A DNA stretch of 63,329 nt from an uncultured virus (IMG/VR IMGVR_UViG_3300042520_003480) (lineage: Duplodnaviria > Heunggongvirae > Uroviricota > Caudoviricetes): IMG/VR virus record IMGVR_UViG_3300042520_003480. One strand, written 5' to 3'. Made by a program: the position numbers and the translations under genes. The notes beneath the pieces were generated by a model. It made no database searches, was not told the origin of the DNA, and saw only the letters and a list, made by a program, of their open reading frames with translations. Below, piece by piece: positions 46,739 to 55,826 of the stretch; positions within the stretch are counted from its first letter, which is position 1; every line of letters begins with the position of its first letter.

Positions 46739-49252
46739 TTAGAATATCCCTTCCAATTCCGGCAAATTCTTTTTTAACTTTCTGAGCTTTTTGCCTTCTC
46801 TGTCAACATAAAGTTTTCCGAAAATTAAACTATTGATTCTATAGTCATAATCTTCTCCTAATTTTGATCCTAGATATCGATCAAGAAAAAACGCAGCTTC
46901 CTTCAATTCTGTCATGTAAGTCTCGTATATCTTTAACGGCACATCACAAAAAACTATACGCAATGGATCGTGAAGAATTTCCCACTCGTATGACAATTTG
47001 TATGATTTTGTATCCCAATTTTCTTCCATCGCGTTTGCAGCAACTCTGTTAAGTTCTGTTGCTATTATTTTTAATATTTCTGGAGAAGTTTTAGTTCCCT
47101 TTGAGTCCGTAGGTTTGACTTCTATTGCAACATCTACATAATTTTTATCATCTGTAGTCTCTTCAGATTCAAAAATCCCTTTGAGTTCTGGAAGCTCATT
47201 TGAAAGAAAATAATGACGAGTTTTCCAAACAAATTCTGGCATGACTGAAATATACTCTCCTGTTATTTTTTCCCGTCTTTTTAAATCTCTTAGACTATCA
47301 TAGTAGTCGTTATAAATGGTTGTTTCCCAGTGATGTCTCCAAGGGCGTAATTCTTTTTGAACGTTTGGGCTTTCTTTTAAAAAGCTTTCGGTCAGATCAA
47401 CCACTAACTCCATTACAATCTTTCCGTTCTCTTCTTCAACTGTCTCTATAGAGGTTTTTTCGAACGCATTTGCTACTGATTTTAAAATTTTATGGAGATC
47501 TTCTTTTTGGCGTGCATAACCTTTATATCTAGTTACTAGCACTGTTTCTGGTTCCTCAGATTCAAAAATCCCTTCTAGCTCAGGTAATTGCTGTTGTAGA
47601 TCATGAAGTCCTTTGTTGATCAATTTCATTTCACAATTCTTGAAAATTTCAGGCAATCTTTTATTTACTACATCCTCCCACTCCATGTCAGGAGCGACTC
47701 TTCTGGCGTCATGCACAAACATTTGTTCTAAAGAACGTTTTAGCATAGTTACTTTACCTGTTTGTGTGTAAAAGTCAGGATTCATCAATTGTATTATTGC
47801 ATGAACCTCCCTGGGACCTTTATCGTACAATGTGTATCTAAAAGTAGTTCTTTTCTTCTCTTCAAGAAACTTCCATAACAGTTCTTTGTTTGTTTTATCT
47901 AAATTTGTAAATTTAGCAATAATGCTATCAGGTTGATTAGTTTTGCTTTCAAAAATTCCTTGAAGCTCAGGAAGATCCTTTAACATCTTATCATAACGAG
48001 AAATCCACTTCGCTGTATAATCAATAGATTCCCTTATCTCAAAGTCCTTTTTAGTACCGTTCCACTGTGTCTGTATTAATCTCGCTAAAGCGTTTTTCTT
48101 TTCTTCACTTAAAGGTTCAGAGGAATTCTCTCTTTCAATAGAAATTGCAAACTTAAATCCTTTGTTGTAACGAATTATCTTACAACTACTAATAGAATCA
48201 GGCATCAGATATCTAGTCAAGTAACTCATTTTAACCTTAAATGACTTTAAAGCTAACCTGACTCTGTCATGATCAGTAGTTCCGTACGTAGGATCGAATG
48301 TTAAAATGAGTTTATCCTTCTCTTGTTTAGACTCAAAAATTCCCTTAAGCTCAGGAAGCTCTCCTGTCATTCTTCTAATTTTTGCCGACTTCTCATCTAT
48401 GTCTATATCTCCTATAGCAAAAAGGTCTAGATAGTATTCCCCTCCATCTAACCATGCATCTAGATTAGCAACAACTCCATATAGTTTGTTTGCATAAGCT
48501 TCAGCAACTTTAGTTGGTACATCGAGAATAACAAACCCATTTGGTTTCAGCTCATATTCGTAGGTATAAATTCCCTTTTCGTCAACATCCCTGCTCATTC
48601 GGTTTTTTGTATATCTTATGAGCTCATAAGCAATAGCATCTATAATTTCGGGAGTGGTTTCATTACCAAATTTATCTTCAGGGTTTACTTCTACTTTTAT
48701 ATCCACTACATCTTTATCTTCTTCAGATTCAAAAATTCCCTTAAGTTCCGGCAACTCTTTTTCCATCTCTTTATACTTGGTCTTTATACCGATCAATTTT
48801 GGACGAAAGAAGCTTACCCAAGAAAGAGTGTTATATTTCTTAGTGTCTTTTCCGGCAGAAAATTGCCTTCCAATGCTATTGCTGATATCATGCATTGAAG
48901 ATCTGAGTCTGCTACTATATGCTCCTAAAATTTCTATAAAGTCCATTTTTAACAACACTGGTTCTGTTAAATCAAGATCATATCCTATAACCGCTAATGT
49001 ATTTTCTCCTAGGTCTTGAGTCTTTAATTTAAAGTCCCAAGTTTTATTTGTCTGTGCTTTGGCTATTTCTTCTGAATGATTTTCTAAAAAATCTTTTAAT
49101 TGGTTTTTTTGCTCTTCGGAGTCTAACTGATACACTAGCCACATTTCTTTTACATCTTCCGCTCTTTTAACGGACTCAATAGGAATTAAATCATAATCTC
49201 CTAATTGTTTGGAAGATTCGTTAACTCTATAAAATTTTTGAAAACTTATCAT
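46739..49252 (-). CDS. six-module PELxGIF polyprotein
   Basis: Five internal LPELxGIFES junctions and a terminal LPELEGIF. Confidence 0.9.
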   Translation of the reverse strand: MISFQKFYRVNESSKQLGDYDLIPIESVKRAEDVKEMWLVYQLDSEEQKNQLKDFLENHSEEIAKAQTNKTWDFKLKTQDLGENTLAVIGYDLDLTEPVLLKMDFIEILGAYSSRLRSSMHDISNSIGRQFSAGKDTKKYNTLSWVSFFRPKLIGIKTKYKEMEKELPELKGIFESEEDKDVVDIKVEVNPEDKFGNETTPEIIDAIAYELIRYTKNRMSRDVDEKGIYTYEYELKPNGFVILDVPTKVAEAYANKLYGVVANLDAWLDGGEYYLDLFAIGDIDIDEKSAKIRRMTGELPELKGIFESKQEKDKLILTFDPTYGTTDHDRVRLALKSFKVKMSYLTRYLMPDSISSCKIIRYNKGFKFAISIERENSSEPLSEEKKNALARLIQTQWNGTKKDFEIRESIDYTAKWISRYDKMLKDLPELQGIFESKTNQPDSIIAKFTNLDKTNKELLWKFLEEKKRTTFRYTLYDKGPREVHAIIQLMNPDFYTQTGKVTMLKRSLEQMFVHDARRVAPDMEWEDVVNKRLPEIFKNCEMKLINKGLHDLQQQLPELEGIFESEEPETVLVTRYKGYARQKEDLHKILKSVANAFEKTSIETVEEENGKIVMELVVDLTESFLKESPNVQKELRPWRHHWETTIYNDYYDSLRDLKRREKITGEYISVMPEFVWKTRHYFLSNELPELKGIFESEETTDDKNYVDVAIEVKPTDSKGTKTSPEILKIIATELNRVAANAMEENWDTKSYKLSYEWEILHDPLRIVFCDVPLKIYETYMTELKEAAFFLDRYLGSKLGEDYDYRINSLIFGKLYVDREGKKLRKLKKNLPELEGIF

Positions 49253-49293
49253 TATCCCTGTTATTTATTTCAAATTTGATATAAATATATCAA

Positions 49294-51057
49294 GTGAGCG
49301 TATACTACAGAAAAATAGATGAAGCAATTTACTCTGCATATCAGTCGAGAATTCTTCTAAAAGAAGAAGCTCAGGGTATTAAGCGCACAGACAAAATGGA
49401 TCCGGAGTTAGAGGCTCAATTCAAACACCGACTTGATATTTGCAAAGCTCACCTTTATAGGGACTTTCCTTGGTACGGAATTTTACTTTCCAAACTTCAC
49501 ACCGTACCCACATATGACATAGACACGATGGCAGTAGATAACTTCGGAAACATCTATATGAATCCAGAGTTTACTATGAAGATGACCCCTGAAGAGACAA
49601 TGGGAGTCTTAGCTCACGAGTGCATGCATATCATGACGCTGAGCTTCTTCAGGCAACATAGTAGAGACATGAAGTTGTGGAATATTGCTACAGACTTCAT
49701 GATGAATTTAGATCTCGTTGAAATGAAAATGTCTCTCCCTGAAGGAGGATGTATTCCTGAAGAAAGAGGAGGCCGTTGGTTTGCTGTTATTCCTAGAGGA
49801 GACGGACAGCCCGATCTAGAGTACGACATAACTGATTTGTCTGCTGAAGAGCTTTATGACAAATTTGAAAAAGATTTAGATAAAGACAAGGAACAACAAA
49901 AACAATCCGGTAAAAAAGATAAGAAACCATTTAAAGTCGGAGACAGAGTTCAATCAAGAAATACTGGAAAGAACGGAACGATTAAAAAAGTTGGCGGATT
50001 GCCACCCAATCAAACTCTTGAAATTGATTGGGATAATGAAGTCACAGAAGCCATCCAAAAGGGCGTTCCCTCTTCTGAGGTAATGCCACTTCTTTCCGGT
50101 GAAGTTGAAATGGATCCCAATGGAGACCAACAAGAAGGAGAAGATTTTGCTCTTGATAAAGATGCTAAAATAAAAATGAAGCCTCAACAAGGAAAGCCGT
50201 CTCCTTCAAAAGGACAAACTTCTGACGTTAAGATAAAAGGAGATTTACAAAAAGTTTTTGATGACCTTGCAGCAAAACGAGAAAAATTTGACAAACACAT
50301 TACTTCGACTGATGCAAAACCAACTCCTTTAGATACAGGAGACCCAGATCTTATGCCAAACCTTGAAGGTGACGCTCACAATCAATTAAAAGATAAGGTT
50401 CAATCAGCAATGACAGCTATTGGTCAAAGAGGATTATCTGCTGGTGGTCCAAGATCATTCCAAAAGAATTTGCAACGTACAAAAACAAATTGGAGAAATC
50501 TTTTAAGAAACTTTTTGTCAGCAATGGAAAGATCTCGTCCAACTTGGTCAAAACCAAAGAAAAGAGCTTTCGCTGCTGGTTATTATGCTCCTGGTTTAAG
50601 AAAAGAGCGCAAGAGTCTCGATGTCGTTGTTGCCATCGACACTAGCGGTTCGATTAGTGATAGGATTATTGGTCTGTTTGTTTCTGAAATTTTTAATATT
50701 TCCAAAGCGTTTCCTAAGGTCCAAATGAAAATTATTCTTTGGCATACTACTGCTTATGCTGACATCGACATAGATACTAAAAAAGTATCTCCAGCACAAG
50801 TTTTAAATATGCTCAATAACCTACCATACGAAGGTGGTGGAACGGAATTAACTTCTGTTAAGGCTTACTTGGACAAAGAATATCCCAATGAAGCATTTGG
50901 AGGTATTATCGTATTCACTGATGGTTATGTAGAAGAGACACCGAGCTTCCCTAAACTTTCAGACCAAAAGAACAAACTGTTTTTATTAACTCCAGATGGA
51001 GATGATAAGACACTAAAAAAATACGGCACTACAGTAAAAATTGATGTTTACCAATAA
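49294..51057 (+). CDS. DUF2201-like metallopeptidase-VWA protein
   Basis: TMAVD, LAHECMH and WNIATD; VWA MIDAS IDTSGS, GGGT and VFTDGY; GTG start. Confidence 0.88.
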   Translation: MSVYYRKIDEAIYSAYQSRILLKEEAQGIKRTDKMDPELEAQFKHRLDICKAHLYRDFPWYGILLSKLHTVPTYDIDTMAVDNFGNIYMNPEFTMKMTPEETMGVLAHECMHIMTLSFFRQHSRDMKLWNIATDFMMNLDLVEMKMSLPEGGCIPEERGGRWFAVIPRGDGQPDLEYDITDLSAEELYDKFEKDLDKDKEQQKQSGKKDKKPFKVGDRVQSRNTGKNGTIKKVGGLPPNQTLEIDWDNEVTEAIQKGVPSSEVMPLLSGEVEMDPNGDQQEGEDFALDKDAKIKMKPQQGKPSPSKGQTSDVKIKGDLQKVFDDLAAKREKFDKHITSTDAKPTPLDTGDPDLMPNLEGDAHNQLKDKVQSAMTAIGQRGLSAGGPRSFQKNLQRTKTNWRNLLRNFLSAMERSRPTWSKPKKRAFAAGYYAPGLRKERKSLDVVVAIDTSGSISDRIIGLFVSEIFNISKAFPKVQMKIILWHTTAYADIDIDTKKVSPAQVLNMLNNLPYEGGGTELTSVKAYLDKEYPNEAFGGIIVFTDGYVEETPSFPKLSDQKNKLFLLTPDGDDKTLKKYGTTVKIDVYQ

Positions 51058-51065
51058 ATAACACT

Positions 51066-52538
51066 ATGGAATTAGAAAGCATTACAGAATCTCCGTTCTT
51101 GAACGCATATAAAAGATTTGTGCTCAAAGAAGCAAAAAAAGAAGCCATTGCTGCAGACATGGAAGCCAAGGCCGCTCCAATGGTTAACAAAATTAACCAA
51201 CCTGAAGCTCCTCAAGCTGAAGACGAAGACGATGAGATGGAATGGGATAGCGGAGCAATTGAGACAGAAGATACCTCTACTCTCAGCAAATACGATTATC
51301 AGCGTTTGCATGATTTTATCTCGCTATCATACAGAACAAAAAGAGCTCTGTTAATTTACGGAGATCCTGGCATTGGCAAGAGTCAAATGGTTCAGCAATT
51401 TACTAGACAAATGGCTGCAAGTAAAGGTAAAGCATATCTTGATTGGGACGAGGCCAATAACAATCAACAATTGGATGCCATCAAGAATCCAGGTAAATAC
51501 TTTTTGTATATAGACGTTAGAGCTGACTCTCTTGATCCAACCGATCTTGCCGGCATTCCAAAACTTCAAAGCAATGAAGAGTTTCTTGAGACCCAAATTC
51601 CTAAATGGCTCTACATAATGGCTCAACCAGAGTCTGATGGTATCTTATTCTTAGATGAATTGAATAACGCAGAGCCACAAATGATTAAAGCTTTGTATAA
51701 AGTTGTGGATAAAAAAGTTGGCAACGTAAAGTTATCAGAAAATTTTGGTATTCTTGCTGCTGGCAATCTTGGAGCTGAATTTGGCGGCAATCCACTTCCT
51801 TGGGCTCTTACAAACAGATTTGAAAGTGGTGTACTTGTTGCTGATGCTGAATCTTGGCTCTCGTACGCTGAAAAAGCTGGAGTTGATAAAAGGATTATTG
51901 CTTTCGTTAAGTCTGAACCAGAAGTCAACTTCAATCCAAAACCACCAGGGGGATTTGGTGGCGGTGACACACATATCACATGGGCTTCCCCAAGAGCAAT
52001 GATGATGCTTTCTGATAAAATTACTCAACTCAGAAAAGCTTATGCAGAGGCAAAAGCCGAAGGTCATCCTATTCAAACCCCTATAATTGCTGCAGTCAAA
52101 CAAAGTGCTGTTGGACTTTGCGGAGAACAATGGGCAAGAAGATTTGACGCATTCATGAGACACTTTAAATCATTTGATTTTGGTGGAATTGTTAAGAGTG
52201 CCGAAAGTGGAGAATTGCAAGCAGAAAAGAGAGACAAACTTCATGCTCTTCTCATGTTTGTCATGGGCAAGCTTAAGCCAGCTCTTAAGCGCTCAGAAGA
52301 ACAAAAAACCATCTCCGAAGATGATAAAGGAGTATTCATCGGTCTTGCTAAAATCACAAACGACTTCAAGCCAGAATGGAAAGTTAATTTGTTTTCCCTT
52401 TTAAAGAAAGACCTTACCGTTGAACAATTACAAATCTTGATGACCTTCTTATTAAGAGGAGATTATGACGCAAAGACTAAAAAGGTCTTCATAGAAGAAG
52501 CTCTTCCTAAAATTAAATCAATAACATCCTACAAATAA
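51066..52538 (+). CDS. MoxR-like AAA+ ATPase
   Basis: GDPGIGKS, DLAGIP, LFLDELN, AAGN, ALTNRF and SPR. Confidence 0.9.
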   Translation: MELESITESPFLNAYKRFVLKEAKKEAIAADMEAKAAPMVNKINQPEAPQAEDEDDEMEWDSGAIETEDTSTLSKYDYQRLHDFISLSYRTKRALLIYGDPGIGKSQMVQQFTRQMAASKGKAYLDWDEANNNQQLDAIKNPGKYFLYIDVRADSLDPTDLAGIPKLQSNEEFLETQIPKWLYIMAQPESDGILFLDELNNAEPQMIKALYKVVDKKVGNVKLSENFGILAAGNLGAEFGGNPLPWALTNRFESGVLVADAESWLSYAEKAGVDKRIIAFVKSEPEVNFNPKPPGGFGGGDTHITWASPRAMMMLSDKITQLRKAYAEAKAEGHPIQTPIIAAVKQSAVGLCGEQWARRFDAFMRHFKSFDFGGIVKSAESGELQAEKRDKLHALLMFVMGKLKPALKRSEEQKTISEDDKGVFIGLAKITNDFKPEWKVNLFSLLKKDLTVEQLQILMTFLLRGDYDAKTKKVFIEEALPKIKSITSYK

Positions 52539-52545
52539 TAAAATT

Positions 52546-53022
52546 ATGAAAGAATATCGACACGCCCGCAACATTGCAGAACAGATTTATTTTTGTGGCA
52601 AGAGAAGGCTGACAACAGAACAAAAAGAGATGCTGAGAAATTCTCCTTTCTCCAATCTTTTGGAGATGGTCGAGAAGCCAAATTTTATCAAACTTGCTGA
52701 AACAGTTGAAAAGCAATTGACTGACGCTAAGCCAGAAAAGCCTAAATCTTCTCCTGATTATTCTCCTAGCAAATCAAGATACCTTACTGGATATCATGCA
52801 GGGGAAATCAAGGAGCTAATTAGTCACATTGAGGATCACTTCAAGCTCGGAGTTCCATACAACTACAACGATCTTCCTGCTGATAAGCTCAAAGAATTCA
52901 TCAATCAATATGCTGAACACAAAATTTTTGATGATCACACAAAAGACTTAGTTCTCAGAGTTAAAGAGCAAGAACACCCAGAAGAGATCATGGGAACTTT
53001 AAGATTGTACGCTAGACATTAA
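52546..53022 (+). CDS. hypothetical protein downstream of the VWA/AAA pair
   Basis: ORF on the same strand, with TAAATA-like AT-rich sequence upstream. Confidence 0.7.
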   Translation: MKEYRHARNIAEQIYFCGKRRLTTEQKEMLRNSPFSNLLEMVEKPNFIKLAETVEKQLTDAKPEKPKSSPDYSPSKSRYLTGYHAGEIKELISHIEDHFKLGVPYNYNDLPADKLKEFINQYAEHKIFDDHTKDLVLRVKEQEHPEEIMGTLRLYARH

Positions 53023-53340
53023 TTAAAAAATTCCTTTTAGTTCGGGAAGTTCTTCCATCATTTTTCTCATCTTTATTTCTTCTTCTGTAGGTCGTCTTAA
53101 AAAGTGAGAATGAAGTCCAAATATGCTTCCATTCGAAAGCTTTACTGCATATTTAGAATAAGCTCCAGCTGCATACTTATAACCTACTATTTCACCAATT
53201 TGATCAATGGCCTGCCTTGATTTAGCAGAGTGATACGAGTCCCACTTTCCTACATCTTCTATTTTTACTTCGTCTCCTATTTGAAACTTGGCTTTAGGTC
53301 CTGGTTGGCCGTAGCCCTTTAATCCAAATAATTCATTCAT
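53023..53340 (-). CDS. PELxGIF-tagged SH3/KOW-like protein
   Basis: KFQIGDEVKI...GEIVGY; ends ELPELKGIF. Confidence 0.85.
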   Translation of the reverse strand: MNELFGLKGYGQPGPKAKFQIGDEVKIEDVGKWDSYHSAKSRQAIDQIGEIVGYKYAAGAYSKYAVKLSNGSIFGLHSHFLRRPTEEEIKMRKMMEELPELKGIF

Positions 53341-53768
53341 ACGTCAAATATTCCTTTTAATTCAGGATGTTCGTCAGTCATATCATCATACGGATCTGTG
53401 ACTATTTTAAATTTTTCTTTCTTAGGTATATCAGAAAGAGAAAAAATTTTAGGAGTCTTTACAACCTCAATAATTCTTCTGTATACTTTGTGCGGATCTT
53501 CCCTCACATGCAAACTTTTTGGAATAATCACGTACACGAGATGCTCATAGTCAACTCTGCGTATTATTTTTACGCCTTCTCTTTTTAATCCTGACTTGCT
53601 AATTGCTTTCAACATTAGCTCTGTGTCATCAGGCATGATTATATAAGCACTATAATAGTTTTCAAGGTCTCTACCAAAAGCTATACCTTGTTCATCAAAA
53701 ATAGAAGGAACTTGACCAACAATCTTGTTGTATGCTTGCTCCAGCAATATTTGATCCTTAGTTTTCAC
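53337..53768 (-). CDS. leader- and PELxGIF-tagged hypothetical protein
   Basis: MKTKDQILLEQAY...EHPELKGIFDV. Confidence 0.85.
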   Translation of the reverse strand: MKTKDQILLEQAYNKIVGQVPSIFDEQGIAFGRDLENYYSAYIIMPDDTELMLKAISKSGLKREGVKIIRRVDYEHLVYVIIPKSLHVREDPHKVYRRIIEVVKTPKIFSLSDIPKKEKFKIVTDPYDDMTDEHPELKGIFDV

Positions 53769-53782
53769 TAAGTTATTTATAT

Positions 53783-54079
53783 TTAAACTGGAATTAATGC
53801 TGGACGAGCAAAATCTTCTTGTGGAGTATAGAAGACATAATAATCGTGACCGGCTTCACTCGGATACCCAAAATTAGCGGCATCCTCTCTTTTAGCTACA
53901 TAAGCTGTCTTAAAGGATTTCCCTTCTTCCATTTTTCTTTTTAAATTAGAACAATCGTTCATATCATCTAAAAACATAATGTCTTCGGTTGGGCCAGAAT
54001 AGTAACTAAAGTCTTGTTCTGGAGATTCATTGATTGCTTTGTATGCTTCTTCTAGCAATTGTTGGTCTTTGGACTTCAT
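53783..54079 (-). CDS. leader-bearing hypothetical protein without the C-terminal tag
   Basis: MKSKDQQLLEEAYKAINES. Confidence 0.8.
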   Translation of the reverse strand: MKSKDQQLLEEAYKAINESPEQDFSYYSGPTEDIMFLDDMNDCSNLKRKMEEGKSFKTAYVAKREDAANFGYPSEAGHDYYVFYTPQEDFARPALIPV

Positions 54080-54088
54080 GTATTTTAT

Positions 54089-54640
54089 TTAATCAAAAAA
54101 GATGCCATTTAACTCAGGGAGCTCTGTTGAGAATCTCTTTTCCATTTCGTACTGCTTTTTTTGTTCTTCTGTAGGAAAATCAATTAGAGATTCGTCAATG
54201 GCATATACTTCTCCGTTTGGTCTTTTAATTCCTTTAAGCGTTTCAATAACATCGCTCGAGTTCCCTTTAAACATTTCGCTACTTTTTATTTGCTGCCTGC
54301 CAACCACTATGCCACACTTTCCTGCAACTTTATTCCATTGTTTTACATACTCAGGTTTTAGTCTAGAAAAATTCAACCAATGACACTCTTCAGATGTCAT
54401 TACATAAGCAACATCCCCAATCTCTATTCGTACTCCGCAGCACTTATTAAATGGTTTATTTGAACCACATATACAAGGGCCTTTGCGTTGTTCTGAATCT
54501 TTTTCTAGTTTTTCCCATCCAGGATCTGGAGCAACTGGCTTATTCTCTTCTCCTTCCTCGAGGTGAATAAGATGATTATTCTTGCAATAAACCATTCCCA
54601 TATACAATTCCTCAAGTAACTTTTGATCTGTTGATTTCAC
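54089..54640 (-). CDS. leader- and PELxGIF-tagged protein with a SEC-C motif
   Basis: MKSTDQKLLEELY; PCICGSNKPFNKCCG; ends ELPELNGIFFD. Confidence 0.85.
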   Translation of the reverse strand: MKSTDQKLLEELYMGMVYCKNNHLIHLEEGEENKPVAPDPGWEKLEKDSEQRKGPCICGSNKPFNKCCGVRIEIGDVAYVMTSEECHWLNFSRLKPEYVKQWNKVAGKCGIVVGRQQIKSSEMFKGNSSDVIETLKGIKRPNGEVYAIDESLIDFPTEEQKKQYEMEKRFSTELPELNGIFFD

Positions 54641-54657
54641 TCATTATACTTAATATT

Positions 54658-54948
54658 TCAAACAGCTGTCATTACTTTTTTAGAATTAACTATTTTCTTC
54701 ATCCATTCTGTATTCTGATAACTAAGATTGACCCCAGATGATTTGGATACCGGATGGCTATCAACGATGTCACTCAGAGCTTGGCTCAATTCATTTAATT
54801 GTTCTAATGGTTTTTTTCTGTGATCAATCTCTTGATCAATAATGGCTGACCCAGCTTTGTATTCAGCTAGCAAAACATCGACTATGTGATTGAGTTCTTG
54901 TATCTTAACTTTAGTATCGTCTACTAGATCATGTATTGTGTTAAACAT
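54658..54948 (-). CDS. hypothetical helical protein
   Basis: ORF with a TTGACT promoter upstream. Confidence 0.65.
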   Translation of the reverse strand: MFNTIHDLVDDTKVKIQELNHIVDVLLAEYKAGSAIIDQEIDHRKKPLEQLNELSQALSDIVDSHPVSKSSGVNLSYQNTEWMKKIVNSKKVMTAV

Positions 54949-54990
54949 AAATTAATGCTCTATGTATTTTAATTTAAGTCAACAAATTAT

Positions 54991-55322
54991 TGGCTGAGGC
55001 CGCATTGGCTACCGGGTCTTTATCCCGTTGGACGCTGGCTGTTCATTTAACTCTGCCTACTCGAGACCAAATAGTATTCAGCCGGGGTACCTCGGCATTA
55101 TTGAAGCCCACAGGTGATCGTTTCTGTCGCTTGCTTTCTCAGCCGCCGACTGTATGGAAGAAGGGGGCCAAAGGTTCCGAACCCTCTCGAAAGGCCTGTC
55201 CTTCACGCATTCGAGTGCTCCGTAGTGTACTACCACTCTCCATAAAAATTATCAAATAACAAGTTCCGATTTTGTGTTGTGAATTTTTATTCACCGTTGG
55301 CTCATCGGGAACCAACTCTCAT
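54991..55322. ncRNA. candidate structured non-coding RNA(s), three domains
   Basis: GC-rich island with closing helices GGCTGAG/CTCAGCC and TATGGA/TCCATA plus a pseudoknot-like third domain. Confidence 0.6.
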
Positions 55323-55364
55323 AAACTTTATTTATTTTCGTTTAAAAATTACAAAAGTCAACTG

Positions 55365-55760
55365 CTAAAGATCGCTTGATAAATCTTCGTGAAAATAAGC
55401 GTTGGTTACGGGAGTGTCATCGTGTCTCCATTTCATCCATGCTTCAGCAATAGATTTTGGATCATTCCACCACGCTCTTAGAGGTATTGATTTCCACTCA
55501 CTATCCCAAACCCATAGGCGATTCTTTCCTGGAGGATACAGGTAGGCACACGTAGAGTGTCCCCATTTTTCTGTATTAATTGAAAGAACTCTTGCTTGGA
55601 TATCTTCTTCTCTCAAGCCTTGCGCTACAGCAATCGCTTCAGGCAAACATGCTTTTCTATAGGAGCCGACCCAACTAGGAACTCCGGTGGGTGGTTTACT
55701 TGTGCAGCCAATTAAAAAGAGCGCTAAAAGGCATCTACAAAATGTGTTAATAAATTTCAT
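55365..55760 (-). CDS. lipoprotein with a transglutaminase/papain-like Cys-His-Asp arrangement
   Basis: Lipobox LIGC; ACLPEA, WGHSTC and VWDS. Confidence 0.6.
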   Translation of the reverse strand: MKFINTFCRCLLALFLIGCTSKPPTGVPSWVGSYRKACLPEAIAVAQGLREEDIQARVLSINTEKWGHSTCAYLYPPGKNRLWVWDSEWKSIPLRAWWNDPKSIAEAWMKWRHDDTPVTNAYFHEDLSSDL

Positions 55761-55826
55761 TGTTCTTATTTATATCAAGAATCATAAATATTTTTTCAAA
55801 GTATCTAACAAAAGATAAATACTTTT

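Noticed and set aside
54991..55244. RNase P RNA
   Set aside because: A few minus-strand words resemble it (ACAGAAA, AAATGA, ACCCGG), but the conserved GAGGAAAGUCC and P4 pairing are missing.
54990..55259. 89-aa plus-strand ORF
   Set aside because: TTG start, atypical composition and coincidence with a GC-rich paired region; RNA structure explains it better.
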